Source: Oscillospiraceae bacterium
Lineage (GTDB): Bacteria > Bacillota > Clostridia > Oscillospirales > CAG-272
Direction: 5' to 3'
Assembly (NCBI GenBank): GCA_015064245.1
Contig: SVSQ01000001.1
Location: 11,433 to 75,432, forward strand
DNA length: 64,000 nucleotides
A program made the translations under genes and the position numbers. The notes under the pieces were generated by a model. The model searched no databases, was not told the DNA's origin, and saw nothing but the letters and a program-made list of their open reading frames with translations. Positions 45,901 through 54,403 of the stretch are shown here, in pieces; position 1 is the stretch's first letter; the number at the start of each line of letters is the position of its first letter.

Positions 45901-46226
45901 ACAGCAACCTCACCCGTGATCTTATCAACGTAGAGCTCGAAGTCGCCTTTTGTGTACTGGAGAGTCATAGCGGCGATTCTCTTAGCTTCGGTTGAGAAGT
46001 CGGGGTTTTCAATACCTGCTTCCTTTTCTGCCTCGGTGGGAACGAATTCCGGCTTCAGATAGTACGCCTCGTACAGCTCTGAGAACGGGCGGATCTGCTC
46101 TTCCTCTTCCTCTTCTGCTGCAAATACCGGCAGCATCGAGAGCGAAGCCAGGATTCCGACTATTGTGAGGAGCGCGAGTAAACCGGAAAGCGATCTTGTA
46201 AATATATTATGTGTACTTTTTCTCAT
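42951..46226 (-). CDS. 1091-aa secreted/anchored protein of unknown function (possibly DUF5696-type, glycosidase-like barrel)
   Basis: The signal anchor is LSGLLALLTIVGILASLSMLPVFA, then AEEEEEEQ. There are no further TM segments. RBS is aggaagga. The family label is from memory only. Confidence 0.6.
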   Translation of the reverse strand: MRKSTHNIFTRSLSGLLALLTIVGILASLSMLPVFAAEEEEEEQIRPFSELYEAYYLKPEFVPTEAEKEAGIENPDFSTEAKRIAAMTLQYTKGDFELYVDKITGEVAVKDITTGDILFTNPFNITEIPDNQIAAVTKRKLLSQVYIYYLDNDVVKHYNSFTDAALLEQIKVKKLSGGVRIEYSIGEEESRTLVPRQITQARFEEMIIGQLLANLPGGVENRLYIRTTAWYTLKDPEKVADQSKEQMYEAYPITRTTPIYVFDESAKAREIKLVEGYIKTYCPKYTFEELDKDHRETGYTNKDKAPANFKMALEYYLTDNGVQVRFPASGLRFDESLYQLSSIEVLQYMGAGINDYNGYTFIPDGSGTLIRFEDTFKTFDLSGKVYGQDYAYQEIGNANQEVYRMPVFGVVSTNTPQEGSLIPSNKIKKYDSGYVAIVTEGDALTNITSSHGGSNAKNKGEHFYNSVFCSFNPRPKDSYNLAEAISIGSNTKYTVVSERKYTGSFRINYIMLTDPDNTKDRRADRTYYEPTYVGMAKAYRDYLETSGKITKIEETKKDIPLFVEVFGLTETDETVLSIPVTVKKALTSFENLKAMVDELGTAKSPITNINFKLTGFINEGMVPTMPTKVKFEKVTGGNSGFLDFLDYAATHGIDVYPEFEFAYMTAVSLFDGFSYDRDAVKTIDNRYITKREYDAVLQTFTTTGKICISPCVYRDFFAKFNKSMTKLLDGKTTNVSLSSLGSDLNSDFDEDAPYNREDAKVFTEEMLKQFTVNESYGKILVDCGNAYAVPYASVVLNAPLDSSRFLNTSETVPFFGLVYHGYIVFAGSPTNMAGDIKYETLKILENGATLYMMLSYQNVELLKEDPRLSKYYAISYDIWKEHLLTQYDEAGNVVSEGLYDKLNNALADVQTSRIENHLFIDCTRKFTDSELESLKGDAKIAWMADMAVEQKLIDYWTARINDYNRICNQYTGEERDIYLQQYNIYDNSATLYVFMAPEEVAAIVEQGNLAVLEACRKIYQDRQDKIKLEEYEAKEAARIDRTITDGSVVYVEYENGHWFILNYNTFVVDVEINGQTISVEPMDFYDSKANA

Positions 46227-46250
46227 ATTTAATATGCCATCCTTCCTGGT

Positions 46251-48488
46251 TTACATTCGGTACGTAATTTCCGTGATGATGTTCTTAACAAGACCAAACA
46301 TATCGGAAACGAGAGTTGCGAACAAAATAACGATAAACATTATGAATGCCATTCCCACGATTGTACCTATACACATCGCCGCGTTCTTTATGATGGAGTA
46401 GTCGTGAGTTACCATGATTCCGAAGAAGATGAGAAGTCCGACCCATATCCATGCAAAGGAGTTGAGCAGTGTGATGATTCCTGATTCGGAAGAAGCAAGA
46501 ATGTGTGTGAGAAGTGTTGCGGGAATGATCATGAGAGGCAGAGGAGTGAGCGAGTAGGAGGTAGCGATGAAGATGTCCTTCAGGCTTCCTTCACCCTCGA
46601 ACAGTGTGGTAAGACACCAGTTGGATACTACCCAAAGAGCGATCGGAATAAGTACCGCGCCCATCTGAGTACCGATACTGGAGTAAGTACCTCTCGGGTT
46701 ATACATATAGGAACGTCCTACGCTCTGGTATGTAAATACCAGGATCGTAACAGCCGCGTAGAAGATCGCGCCTCTTACCGATCCGCGTTTTTCGTGCTTG
46801 AGGTCCCAATATCCGTCGAAGGGATGGAACATCAGGTGGAATGCGAAGAGGATCTCCTGAGCGAAGGTTCTCTTTCCGGACGTTACAGCTGTCTTTGCGT
46901 TGACCTTTGCAGCGTACTTGAAGAAGAACGTAAGTCCTACTACAACTACTACCACAACGATCGGAACGATCACGATATACTTAGATACCCAGTCTTTTCT
47001 GTACATCTTGAATGCCTGAGAATAACCGTCGGTATTGTAAGCGAAGGAGTACTGCTCCATAGCCTCGGTGTAGTTACCGCCTCTGTAAAGAGACTTTGCC
47101 TTACCGATGTAAGCCGTATCGAAGTTGATATTTCTCTGAAGGATATTATCGTAGTCGGTTACAGCCAGCTCGTATTTTCTTTCGTTATCGTGCTTAAGAG
47201 CTGTAATGAGCAGGTCGCCGTACTCTGTTCTCTTATACTTTGTGATAGAGCAGGTCTGCTTGTCGAGAAGGATGATGTTATCTGTTCCGTTGAAGTTCTG
47301 ATAAGCGATGGACTCGATGGACTCGAGGTTACCGAGCTGCTTACCGCTGTCACCGAATGCGAACAGGAGGTTACCGTTCTTATCGTAGGTAAATACTCTC
47401 TGGCGCTTCTCGTCGATGATAGACCACGTTCCCTCCGGTCCTACTGCAACGTCGATGATACGGGAAGGTCCTGTTGCCTCGTTGTTACGGGAGACGTTTG
47501 CGACCTTGACCTCACCTGACGGAGGATAGAAACCGTTACGGTTCATGATGTCATCACCGTTGGTGTTGAGCTTCTTAACGGGAGCGTACGTAGATGACTT
47601 ATCTTTCTTGTTGATAGCGTTCTGCTGGTCCTTATCCTTAATAGACGATGTGGTTACGTAGATGAAGCCCTTCTCGTCCATTACGATATTGTTAAGCTCG
47701 GTAGCGACGATCTTCTGGGACTGCGCTTTCTGCTCCTCTGTCTGGAAAAGTCTCCAGAAAAGTGTGAGCGCGCTGACGGAAACCTTCTGAGCTCCGACAA
47801 ATCCCTGGAATTCGCCCTGCATATTCATGGAGATAACTCCCATGTACGTTGTAGAGGATACGACGTAGATATGGTTGTCATCGGATGCAACTGCGATCGG
47901 CTTATAGATAGAGCCGTCCGGGAAAACGTCTGCCTCGGGCTCCTTGATTATACGGTCAAAAGTAGGATGTGTACGACCTCCGTCGGAGCGGTTGAATACG
48001 ACGATTCTCTTGTTATCCGTATCAGCTATGTAGATCTTGTCGTTTGTAACGCACATACCGCTGGGATTGTTAAAGGAGTCGGTAGCGCCCATGTCGTTTT
48101 CAAAGTTTGTGATCTGATATCTGAACTGGAAATAAGGGTCGAGACAAACAACTCTGTGGAGCTTTTCGGTTCTCGTGGTAGGGTTACCGCTTGAATCGTA
48201 GTCGTCGAGCTCTCTGGTAGCAACGTCAACGATGTAGATGTTACCGTCAACGTCGACTACTATATCCTGGGGCTCTGTAAGGTTAAAACCTGTATTCTGA
48301 TAGATTTTGGTAGCTTCCGAATTGTAGAGCTTATCGGGCTCGTACGCATTGGGAGAATCCAGCTGTGTTCCATCTATCGAATAGGTGTACGAAGAGTATG
48401 CTGTTGCGTAAATGGGGAGTAACGTTACCAATATAGTAACAAGACACATCAGCATTCCCGCAGCAATTCTTAAACTTTTCTTGTTCAC
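46251..48488 (-). CDS. NHL-repeat beta-propeller / TPR-like / Yip1-type multi-pass membrane fusion protein
   Basis: The GTG start is at 48488 (RBS aagggaga). It has a signal anchor and NHL-like blades (NIYIVDVATRE, KIYIADTDNKRIVVFNR, HIYVVSSTT, FIYVTTSS). The C-terminal ~250 aa has 5-6 TM helices in a Yip1-like layout. Confidence 0.65.
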   Translation of the reverse strand: MNKKSLRIAAGMLMCLVTILVTLLPIYATAYSSYTYSIDGTQLDSPNAYEPDKLYNSEATKIYQNTGFNLTEPQDIVVDVDGNIYIVDVATRELDDYDSSGNPTTRTEKLHRVVCLDPYFQFRYQITNFENDMGATDSFNNPSGMCVTNDKIYIADTDNKRIVVFNRSDGGRTHPTFDRIIKEPEADVFPDGSIYKPIAVASDDNHIYVVSSTTYMGVISMNMQGEFQGFVGAQKVSVSALTLFWRLFQTEEQKAQSQKIVATELNNIVMDEKGFIYVTTSSIKDKDQQNAINKKDKSSTYAPVKKLNTNGDDIMNRNGFYPPSGEVKVANVSRNNEATGPSRIIDVAVGPEGTWSIIDEKRQRVFTYDKNGNLLFAFGDSGKQLGNLESIESIAYQNFNGTDNIILLDKQTCSITKYKRTEYGDLLITALKHDNERKYELAVTDYDNILQRNINFDTAYIGKAKSLYRGGNYTEAMEQYSFAYNTDGYSQAFKMYRKDWVSKYIVIVPIVVVVVVVGLTFFFKYAAKVNAKTAVTSGKRTFAQEILFAFHLMFHPFDGYWDLKHEKRGSVRGAIFYAAVTILVFTYQSVGRSYMYNPRGTYSSIGTQMGAVLIPIALWVVSNWCLTTLFEGEGSLKDIFIATSYSLTPLPLMIIPATLLTHILASSESGIITLLNSFAWIWVGLLIFFGIMVTHDYSIIKNAAMCIGTIVGMAFIMFIVILFATLVSDMFGLVKNIITEITYRM

Positions 48489-48505
48489 TTGCTTTTCTCC
48501 CTTCT

Positions 48506-49378
48506 TTAGTCTTTCATACCTGAAGATCCCATCGTTTCAACGATCTTACTCTGGGAGATCAGGAATACAATGATCGGAACGCTCATCATGATTACCGCTG
48601 CCGCAGAGCCTGCGCCCTGAGTACCGGAAGCGGAGATGATGGAGTTGATAGACTCGTCGAACGTTTTGAGGTTCTCGGAGTAAACGTAGCCGGATGCACC
48701 TGTATTCCAGACGTTCTGGAAGACGGTGATCATAAGTGTCAGCCAAGCGGGCTTAACCAGCGGCATTACGAGTGTGAGGTAGATTCTGAACTCAGAACAA
48801 CCCTCGATACGGGCAGCCTCGATCATGGAGTCGTGAATAGAACCGTCGATAAAGTTCTTCATCAGGTAAAGTCCGAGGGTAGATGCCCAGATAGGCACGA
48901 TAGAGATCGTGTATGTATTCAGCCAGTTGAGCGCTACGTAGATGATGAAGTGCGCGATACCGGTTACCGTTGACGAGATCATCAGGGAGTAAACGATAAG
49001 GTTGAACACCAGCTTAGAACCGGGGAAACGTACCTTGGATATAGAGTACGCAGCCATTGAACCGATGATAAGACATCCTACTGTTGCGCCCAGTGAAATG
49101 AACACTGTGTTGAAAAAATATCTTGAAAGCGGAACCCACGTGGAGGTCATGGACGCGAACAAGTCTATGAAGTTCTGGAACGTAGGCTTGATTACGTAGA
49201 ACAGCGGAGGTGTAAGGAACATCTCACCGATAGGCTTGAATGCTGTGATGACCAGCAGGTATGTGGGAAGGAACATGAATACACCGAAAATAAGAAGTAC
49301 TATTGTAATAGTAAGGTCACCGCCGACGCTTCGGTTAAGAACGACGGCGTGTTTTCTGGTTCTTAGTCTTTTAGCCAT
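48506..49378 (-). CDS. MalG-type carbohydrate ABC permease (pair 2)
   Basis: This is a 290-aa ORF. It has the EAA-like region IEAARIEGCSEFRIYLTLVMP and six hydrophobic segments. Confidence 0.8.
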   Translation of the reverse strand: MAKRLRTRKHAVVLNRSVGGDLTITIVLLIFGVFMFLPTYLLVITAFKPIGEMFLTPPLFYVIKPTFQNFIDLFASMTSTWVPLSRYFFNTVFISLGATVGCLIIGSMAAYSISKVRFPGSKLVFNLIVYSLMISSTVTGIAHFIIYVALNWLNTYTISIVPIWASTLGLYLMKNFIDGSIHDSMIEAARIEGCSEFRIYLTLVMPLVKPAWLTLMITVFQNVWNTGASGYVYSENLKTFDESINSIISASGTQGAGSAAAVIMMSVPIIVFLISQSKIVETMGSSGMKD

Positions 49379-49380
49379 GA

Positions 49381-50349
49381 TTACTTACCTACCTTACCTA
49401 AAGCATTCTTGATGAACAAGTTAGCGCCGAACATCAGCACGAACAAGAGCATCGAAATACAGGAAGCGTAACCGACCTCGAAACGGGAGCCCAGATAGTC
49501 CTGCATATGGTGCTGGAGCGTCCAAGCGACGTAGTCTGTCGAGGGGTTTCCGCAGAGAGCGTTTACGACTCCACCGAATCCGAACGCGCCTGTGATGGAA
49601 AGGACCGCACCGAACATAAGGATGGATTTCATCGAAGGAAGCGTTATGTACCAGAGCTCCTGCCAACGGTTCTTGACACCGTCAACGGCGCCTGCCTCGT
49701 AAAGGCTTCTGTCAACGCCCTGAAGACCTGCGATAAAGGAAAGGAACGCAGTACCGAGGGACGTCCATACAGAAACGATGATACAAAGGGGTACGATGTA
49801 ATCGGTATTCTGGAAGAATACGATAGGCTTTGAAATAACACCCAGCTTCATGAGCCAACCGTTTGCGATACCGTAGATATCTCCCTGGAAGATGAGCTTC
49901 CATACGAGGTAAGCGGATCCGGAAATGGAAGGTCCGTAGAAAATGAACGTTATAGCCGCTCTTACCTTAGGTCCCAGCTCGTTGATGAACCAAGCGAGAA
50001 GGAAGGAAAGGATGTAGGACAGAGGTCCTGTTGTGAGAGCGAATATCATTGTATTCTGGAATGCCGTAAGGAACAGGTCGTCTTCGAGGAAAAGACGGAT
50101 GTAGTTATCCATGAAACAGAATTCGGGCAATTCCAGCATATTAAAGTGTGTAAAACTGAGGAAGAATGTCATTACGACCGGGACAACGGTAAATGTAAGA
50201 AACATTATAAGGAAAGGACCAACCATTGCGTATCCAGCCCATTTTTTCTTCATCTCACGTCTTGTATACTGCCATCTTGTTACCTGTCTGTTCGAAGGCT
50301 GGTAATCCTCTTCAGGCATTTCCTGTGCAGCAACTACGTTATCTGACAT
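49381..50349 (-). CDS. MalF-type sugar ABC permease (pair 2)
   Basis: This is a 322-aa ORF with RBS taggaga. The EAA-like region is YEAGAVDGVKNRWQELWYITLP. It is separated by 2 nt from the next gene. Confidence 0.8.
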   Translation of the reverse strand: MSDNVVAAQEMPEEDYQPSNRQVTRWQYTRREMKKKWAGYAMVGPFLIMFLTFTVVPVVMTFFLSFTHFNMLELPEFCFMDNYIRLFLEDDLFLTAFQNTMIFALTTGPLSYILSFLLAWFINELGPKVRAAITFIFYGPSISGSAYLVWKLIFQGDIYGIANGWLMKLGVISKPIVFFQNTDYIVPLCIIVSVWTSLGTAFLSFIAGLQGVDRSLYEAGAVDGVKNRWQELWYITLPSMKSILMFGAVLSITGAFGFGGVVNALCGNPSTDYVAWTLQHHMQDYLGSRFEVGYASCISMLLFVLMFGANLFIKNALGKVGK

Positions 50350-50455
50350 ATGCTATCTCCTATTCTTAAATTTAATTTCCGGCCACCCGTCCGCATTGGC
50401 ATACGGACGGATAGCGATTACTTTATTTTTTTCTTTAAGGATACTTACGTTTTAA

Positions 50456-53400
50456 TTAACCGTAGTAATCGATAAAGGGCAGGTGATACTCTTCGCGCTT
50501 ACGGGAGAGCTCCTTGTTGATATCAACAACATAGTTGAGCAAGCTGTCAACTGCGTTTGCGTTGCTGTTATAAACTGCCAGGAATGCGAAGTTTACGTAA
50601 CGGCTGATATTATAATCACCGGGGTTGAAGGGAAGTCCCTTAAGGTGAGGGATCTGTTCCTTGATAGCTGCGAGCTCTTCGGATGTCCAAGCCTGCTCAA
50701 GGAGAGCGTTGAGGTTTGCGGAGTTGTACTTTTCAGTAGTATTCGCAGCTGTTGCCAGACGCTGTCTTGCGAGTCTCTTCTGAGCATCGAAGCCTGCGTA
50801 CCACTTCATGTACTTCCATACGTGCTGAGGATTATCGGAGCCTCTGGGGATTACGATACCTTCAACGTTCAGGATGGAAGAACGGTCAACGTGTCCGTCC
50901 TCGTGCTCCCAACCGATGAGGGATTCCATGGTCCAGAGACCACGGAGCTCGTAGTAGTCCATGAAGCTGTTGTACGTTGTCCAGTTAGCGACAACGATCG
51001 GGATCTCACCTGTACGGAAACGGGTAAGGTCGTAAGAGATAGGCAGAGAATAGTCGTTAAACAGAGAGCAGAGAGTATCGAAAGCTGCAAGGCACGTTGT
51101 AGACTGGTTGAATTCCTGATAGTCGTTTGCGTACATTGTCTCGCCCATCTGATACAGGAGCATCTGATAACCTGCAAGGGATGTCTGCATACCCATCGTC
51201 ATGTGCTGAGTTGTGAGAGTAGGAAGGATAGCGTAGAGCTCCTGCCATGTTCTCGGAGGCTTGAGATCGTACTTAGCGAAGATATCAATGCGGTAGAACG
51301 ACATCTCGAAGTTCATCGTACAAGGAAGCAGGTAAGTGATACCGTCAAGGGAAACTGCCTCGAGCGCTGCGTGAGAGAACTCAAGATCGGTAGTACCCGT
51401 GATATCCATGAACTTGCCCTTTTCCTCATTATAATAAGGAACGATGAATTCGCCGTCCTCGCCTCTGGGGCAGAGCTTGTCGAAATCCTCGTAGATCTCG
51501 TCGCCAACGCTCTTGCCTTCGGGGATAAGACCCTTATCTGCGTGCTCCTGGGTGTAGTCGGCGCTGAGCTTTTCAACACCGCTTCTGAGTCCCCAGTTGA
51601 CCGCAGTACCGGAGCCCATCATTGCAACGTCAGGTCCGACGCCTGCAAGAACGGATTCCTGAAGACCCTGCGCAACGTATCTGATGTTGACCGCAACGTT
51701 ACTTACGGGAGTAAACGCTGAGTCGATCATGGTACGGAGAATGAGGGCGTCCTCACGGGAGGTGGTGTTCCACATAAGGATCGTGCCTTCGTATTCGGAA
51801 GCATCCTTATCGGTCTTGAATCCGATTACGTTATAATCTTTAAAGAAGGAAGCGAAGAACGCCTTTGCCTCAAAGTAAGCCGCGTAGAATACGGTAGGCT
51901 TAGATCTCGGAACCTTAGTCTCGGGAGACTGGATACGGAGATGGTCGAGCTTCAGGGGCTGAGACAGAGACGTATACAGCCAGTTCTGAAGAGACGTGAT
52001 ATAGTTCTTAAAGGAAAGGAAGTTCGGCGCGATCTCGTACTCGTCTACCGCCATTCTCGCAACGAGCTGACGGATAGTATCCAGAGTAGCGATGTGCTGA
52101 CCTGTAGCGCCTGTGGTCTCAACGAGAGCGTTGTAGATTCTGTCGAGCTCAAGAGCGGAGTCAGCGAGGTTACCGATAACGTCGGGGATAAGGCTTGCGA
52201 ACATGTAGTCACGGCCTGTATCGGGGTTTGTACCGGTGATCTGGAGTATCTTCTGATACGAGGACGTCATCTTATTGATTACGGCTGCGATATCGTAAAT
52301 ATATTCAGCCATATCTCCGAGGACGACCTCCACCTCAACGGTATTCCAACCTTCTTTGAAGTAGAACAAGTAGTCCTGCTCGCCGTTTCCGAGCAATTCA
52401 TTCTGGAAGGAGGTGTCATAATTAAATCTGAGGAAACTCGCTTCACGGAACTGGATGTCTCCGTTGATCCTGATACGTCTGGACGAGAACATACCTGCTC
52501 TCGTGTTCTGACGGAAACGAGTCATAATGTTGTAAAGTCCCTCTTCCTTTATGTATACCTGGTAGGTCATGTACTGACCGACAACGCTGGAGTTGATGAG
52601 GTTGTAGACCAGGTTTGCGGGGTGGGAAGGAGAGTTGATACAGGAAGTACGGTCGGTACCGGGGAAGAGACACTGGTCAGAAACTCTGATCGGGCTCTCT
52701 GCCTCGACTATGTAAACGTCCTCGCCTGTATAGATCTCGATACCTGTACCGAGCCATCTCTGGAGCTGATAATCGTAGGAGTCCTCGGGCTTGTAGCCGT
52801 AAACTCTGATATCTTCAATAACGAGAGGCTCTCTGGTCGCCTCGAACGTAAGGTAATGATCGCCTTCGGTGAGGTAGAACTGGAAGGGTTCGACTGTGTA
52901 TCCCAGCCAGTCACGGATGAAGTAGGTTCTGAGCTGAGAAGCCTCAAGACGGTCGGGACGGATATCGTTATCCTGGATATCAAGGTCCCAAACGTAGTTA
53001 CCGGATCCGCCGGTAGCCTCTGCCCACGTCTGGTAAGCCGCCTCGTACTCAGCGTCGCTTTCGAAGCTGTCTCTCTTAGGCTCGTCTATACGGTAAAGGA
53101 TACTTGTACCGTCTGTACCAACGTACTCCCAGCTTCTGGGAATGTAGAGGTAACGGCACTCGTTGAAGGGAAGCTTACCGTCGATGTAGAACATACGCTC
53201 GATGGTTGTCTTCGTACTTACGATCTCATCGATTCCGTCGCCGTCGTAGTCGAAATACTCAACGGGAAGGTAATCGATATCTACGGAATACATACCCGCT
53301 TCCTTAACAGTGATCTTAAACGTCGTCTTTCCTCTTGCAGGCGTGTAAAGACCTGTAATGTTCAACTTACTGTCGTAATAGGTTTTGGGGTTTGAATCCG

Positions 53401-53755
53401 TCCAAGGCAGTCCGGTATTCGGGTCAACCAGGTGCTCGAAATACTTTCCGGTCTCAGGATCGATCGTAGCCTGCGGAACGAGCATGTTTACCGCAGTGCC
53501 TTTGATTTCCGATTCGTCACTTGCTACCGGGATAGCTCCCCATTTGCTGAGATACGTATCATAGGTCGTACCGCTGATAAGCGTAAGGATCTCTGCAAAG
53601 GTTCTGCCGCCGTATGTGTCTTCAACTTCTTCAACGTTCTCGATGTCTTCTGCAACGTCAGCTGCCGAAACAGCAGTAGCGAGGGGCATCACACTGAAGA
53701 GAGTCGCGACCAACAGAAGCACAGCAACAAATCTGCGTTTTTGCCAATGTTTCAT
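50456..53755 (-). CDS. 1099-aa extracellular solute-binding protein with N-terminal CBM-like beta-sandwich domains
   Basis: The signal peptide is MKHWQKRRFVAVLLLVATLFSVMPLATAVSA. There are two CBM6/35-like segments (KITVKEAGMYSVDIDY.., YQVYIKEEGLYNIMTRF..WNTVEVEVVLG). The C-terminal ~450 aa has a family-1 binding-protein layout. RBS is aggagga. Confidence 0.65.
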   Translation of the reverse strand: MKHWQKRRFVAVLLLVATLFSVMPLATAVSAADVAEDIENVEEVEDTYGGRTFAEILTLISGTTYDTYLSKWGAIPVASDESEIKGTAVNMLVPQATIDPETGKYFEHLVDPNTGLPWTDSNPKTYYDSKLNITGLYTPARGKTTFKITVKEAGMYSVDIDYLPVEYFDYDGDGIDEIVSTKTTIERMFYIDGKLPFNECRYLYIPRSWEYVGTDGTSILYRIDEPKRDSFESDAEYEAAYQTWAEATGGSGNYVWDLDIQDNDIRPDRLEASQLRTYFIRDWLGYTVEPFQFYLTEGDHYLTFEATREPLVIEDIRVYGYKPEDSYDYQLQRWLGTGIEIYTGEDVYIVEAESPIRVSDQCLFPGTDRTSCINSPSHPANLVYNLINSSVVGQYMTYQVYIKEEGLYNIMTRFRQNTRAGMFSSRRIRINGDIQFREASFLRFNYDTSFQNELLGNGEQDYLFYFKEGWNTVEVEVVLGDMAEYIYDIAAVINKMTSSYQKILQITGTNPDTGRDYMFASLIPDVIGNLADSALELDRIYNALVETTGATGQHIATLDTIRQLVARMAVDEYEIAPNFLSFKNYITSLQNWLYTSLSQPLKLDHLRIQSPETKVPRSKPTVFYAAYFEAKAFFASFFKDYNVIGFKTDKDASEYEGTILMWNTTSREDALILRTMIDSAFTPVSNVAVNIRYVAQGLQESVLAGVGPDVAMMGSGTAVNWGLRSGVEKLSADYTQEHADKGLIPEGKSVGDEIYEDFDKLCPRGEDGEFIVPYYNEEKGKFMDITGTTDLEFSHAALEAVSLDGITYLLPCTMNFEMSFYRIDIFAKYDLKPPRTWQELYAILPTLTTQHMTMGMQTSLAGYQMLLYQMGETMYANDYQEFNQSTTCLAAFDTLCSLFNDYSLPISYDLTRFRTGEIPIVVANWTTYNSFMDYYELRGLWTMESLIGWEHEDGHVDRSSILNVEGIVIPRGSDNPQHVWKYMKWYAGFDAQKRLARQRLATAANTTEKYNSANLNALLEQAWTSEELAAIKEQIPHLKGLPFNPGDYNISRYVNFAFLAVYNSNANAVDSLLNYVVDINKELSRKREEYHLPFIDYYG

Positions 53756-53960
53756 TTAGGGTTTCCTCCTGCCAAAAATAGGTATTGGGTTTATATTGCT
53801 TGAACGCGCCCGCGCGTCAAACTTTATGCCGGCTGACTTTTGCTCCTCTGAGCCGGTACGCCGATGACCGCTTCCAAAAACGTGCGTCCGCCGCCGTCCT
53901 TTTTCCCGGTCCGGCAAGCGCGTTACAACGCAGCATCACGAAAGTTTTTATTACTCCAAA

Positions 53961-53989
53961 ATTATATCATATAAAATATAAAAAGTCAA
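53961..53989 (-). promoter_or_regulatory. sigma-A type promoter of the 7-gene operon
   Basis: The minus strand reads TTGACT - 17 nt - TATAAT, ~200 nt upstream of the ATG at 53755. Confidence 0.6.
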
Positions 53990-54372
53990 GAAGAATTTCC
54001 CGTTTTTTCGCTTTGCCGTCACACGCTTATCACGTTGATTTCGCCCCTCGTTCACACTTTTCCGCCATTTGGTGATACCGCCGATACCATTCGTTTAGCC
54101 CTTTGTTTTTGCATTATTTTTCTTTTTTCATTGATTTTTCGTAAAAAAAGCAAATTATTTCACCCCTATTTCGAGATTTTTCATCAAATAACACGGAAGT
54201 CCTTCCTTTTTCTCCCTCGGATACGCAGCTTTTCACTTTGTGCATTTCTAACAAAAATCTGCGTATTTTTTCTACACTTAGACATTTTGCACAATTTTTG
54301 TTTTTTTAACATTCTTTTTACAAAACAGCCCCTTTTTGTTTACACAATTCCCTGTCCGATCCGCTTTTTCGC

Positions 54373-54403
54373 AAAAAACAAAAAGGCGGGAAGTTCTCCC
54401 GCC
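54373..54403 (-). terminator. rho-independent terminator after the Gfo/Idh/MocA gene
   Basis: The minus strand reads ggcggga-gaact-tcccgcc followed by tttttgtttttt. Confidence 0.75.

Noticed and set aside
44274-45995. Long plus-strand ORFs antisense to real minus-strand genes (also 17165-18682, 32429-33922, 35757-36866, 50483-51721, 51941-53395, 59785-61545)
   Set aside because: Each lies fully inside a minus-strand gene with strong family motifs (ABC ATPase, ClpE, FolD, binding protein, PurL). Their translations are Val/Leu/Arg/Ser-rich with no recognisable motifs. They are typical stop-poor antisense frames.
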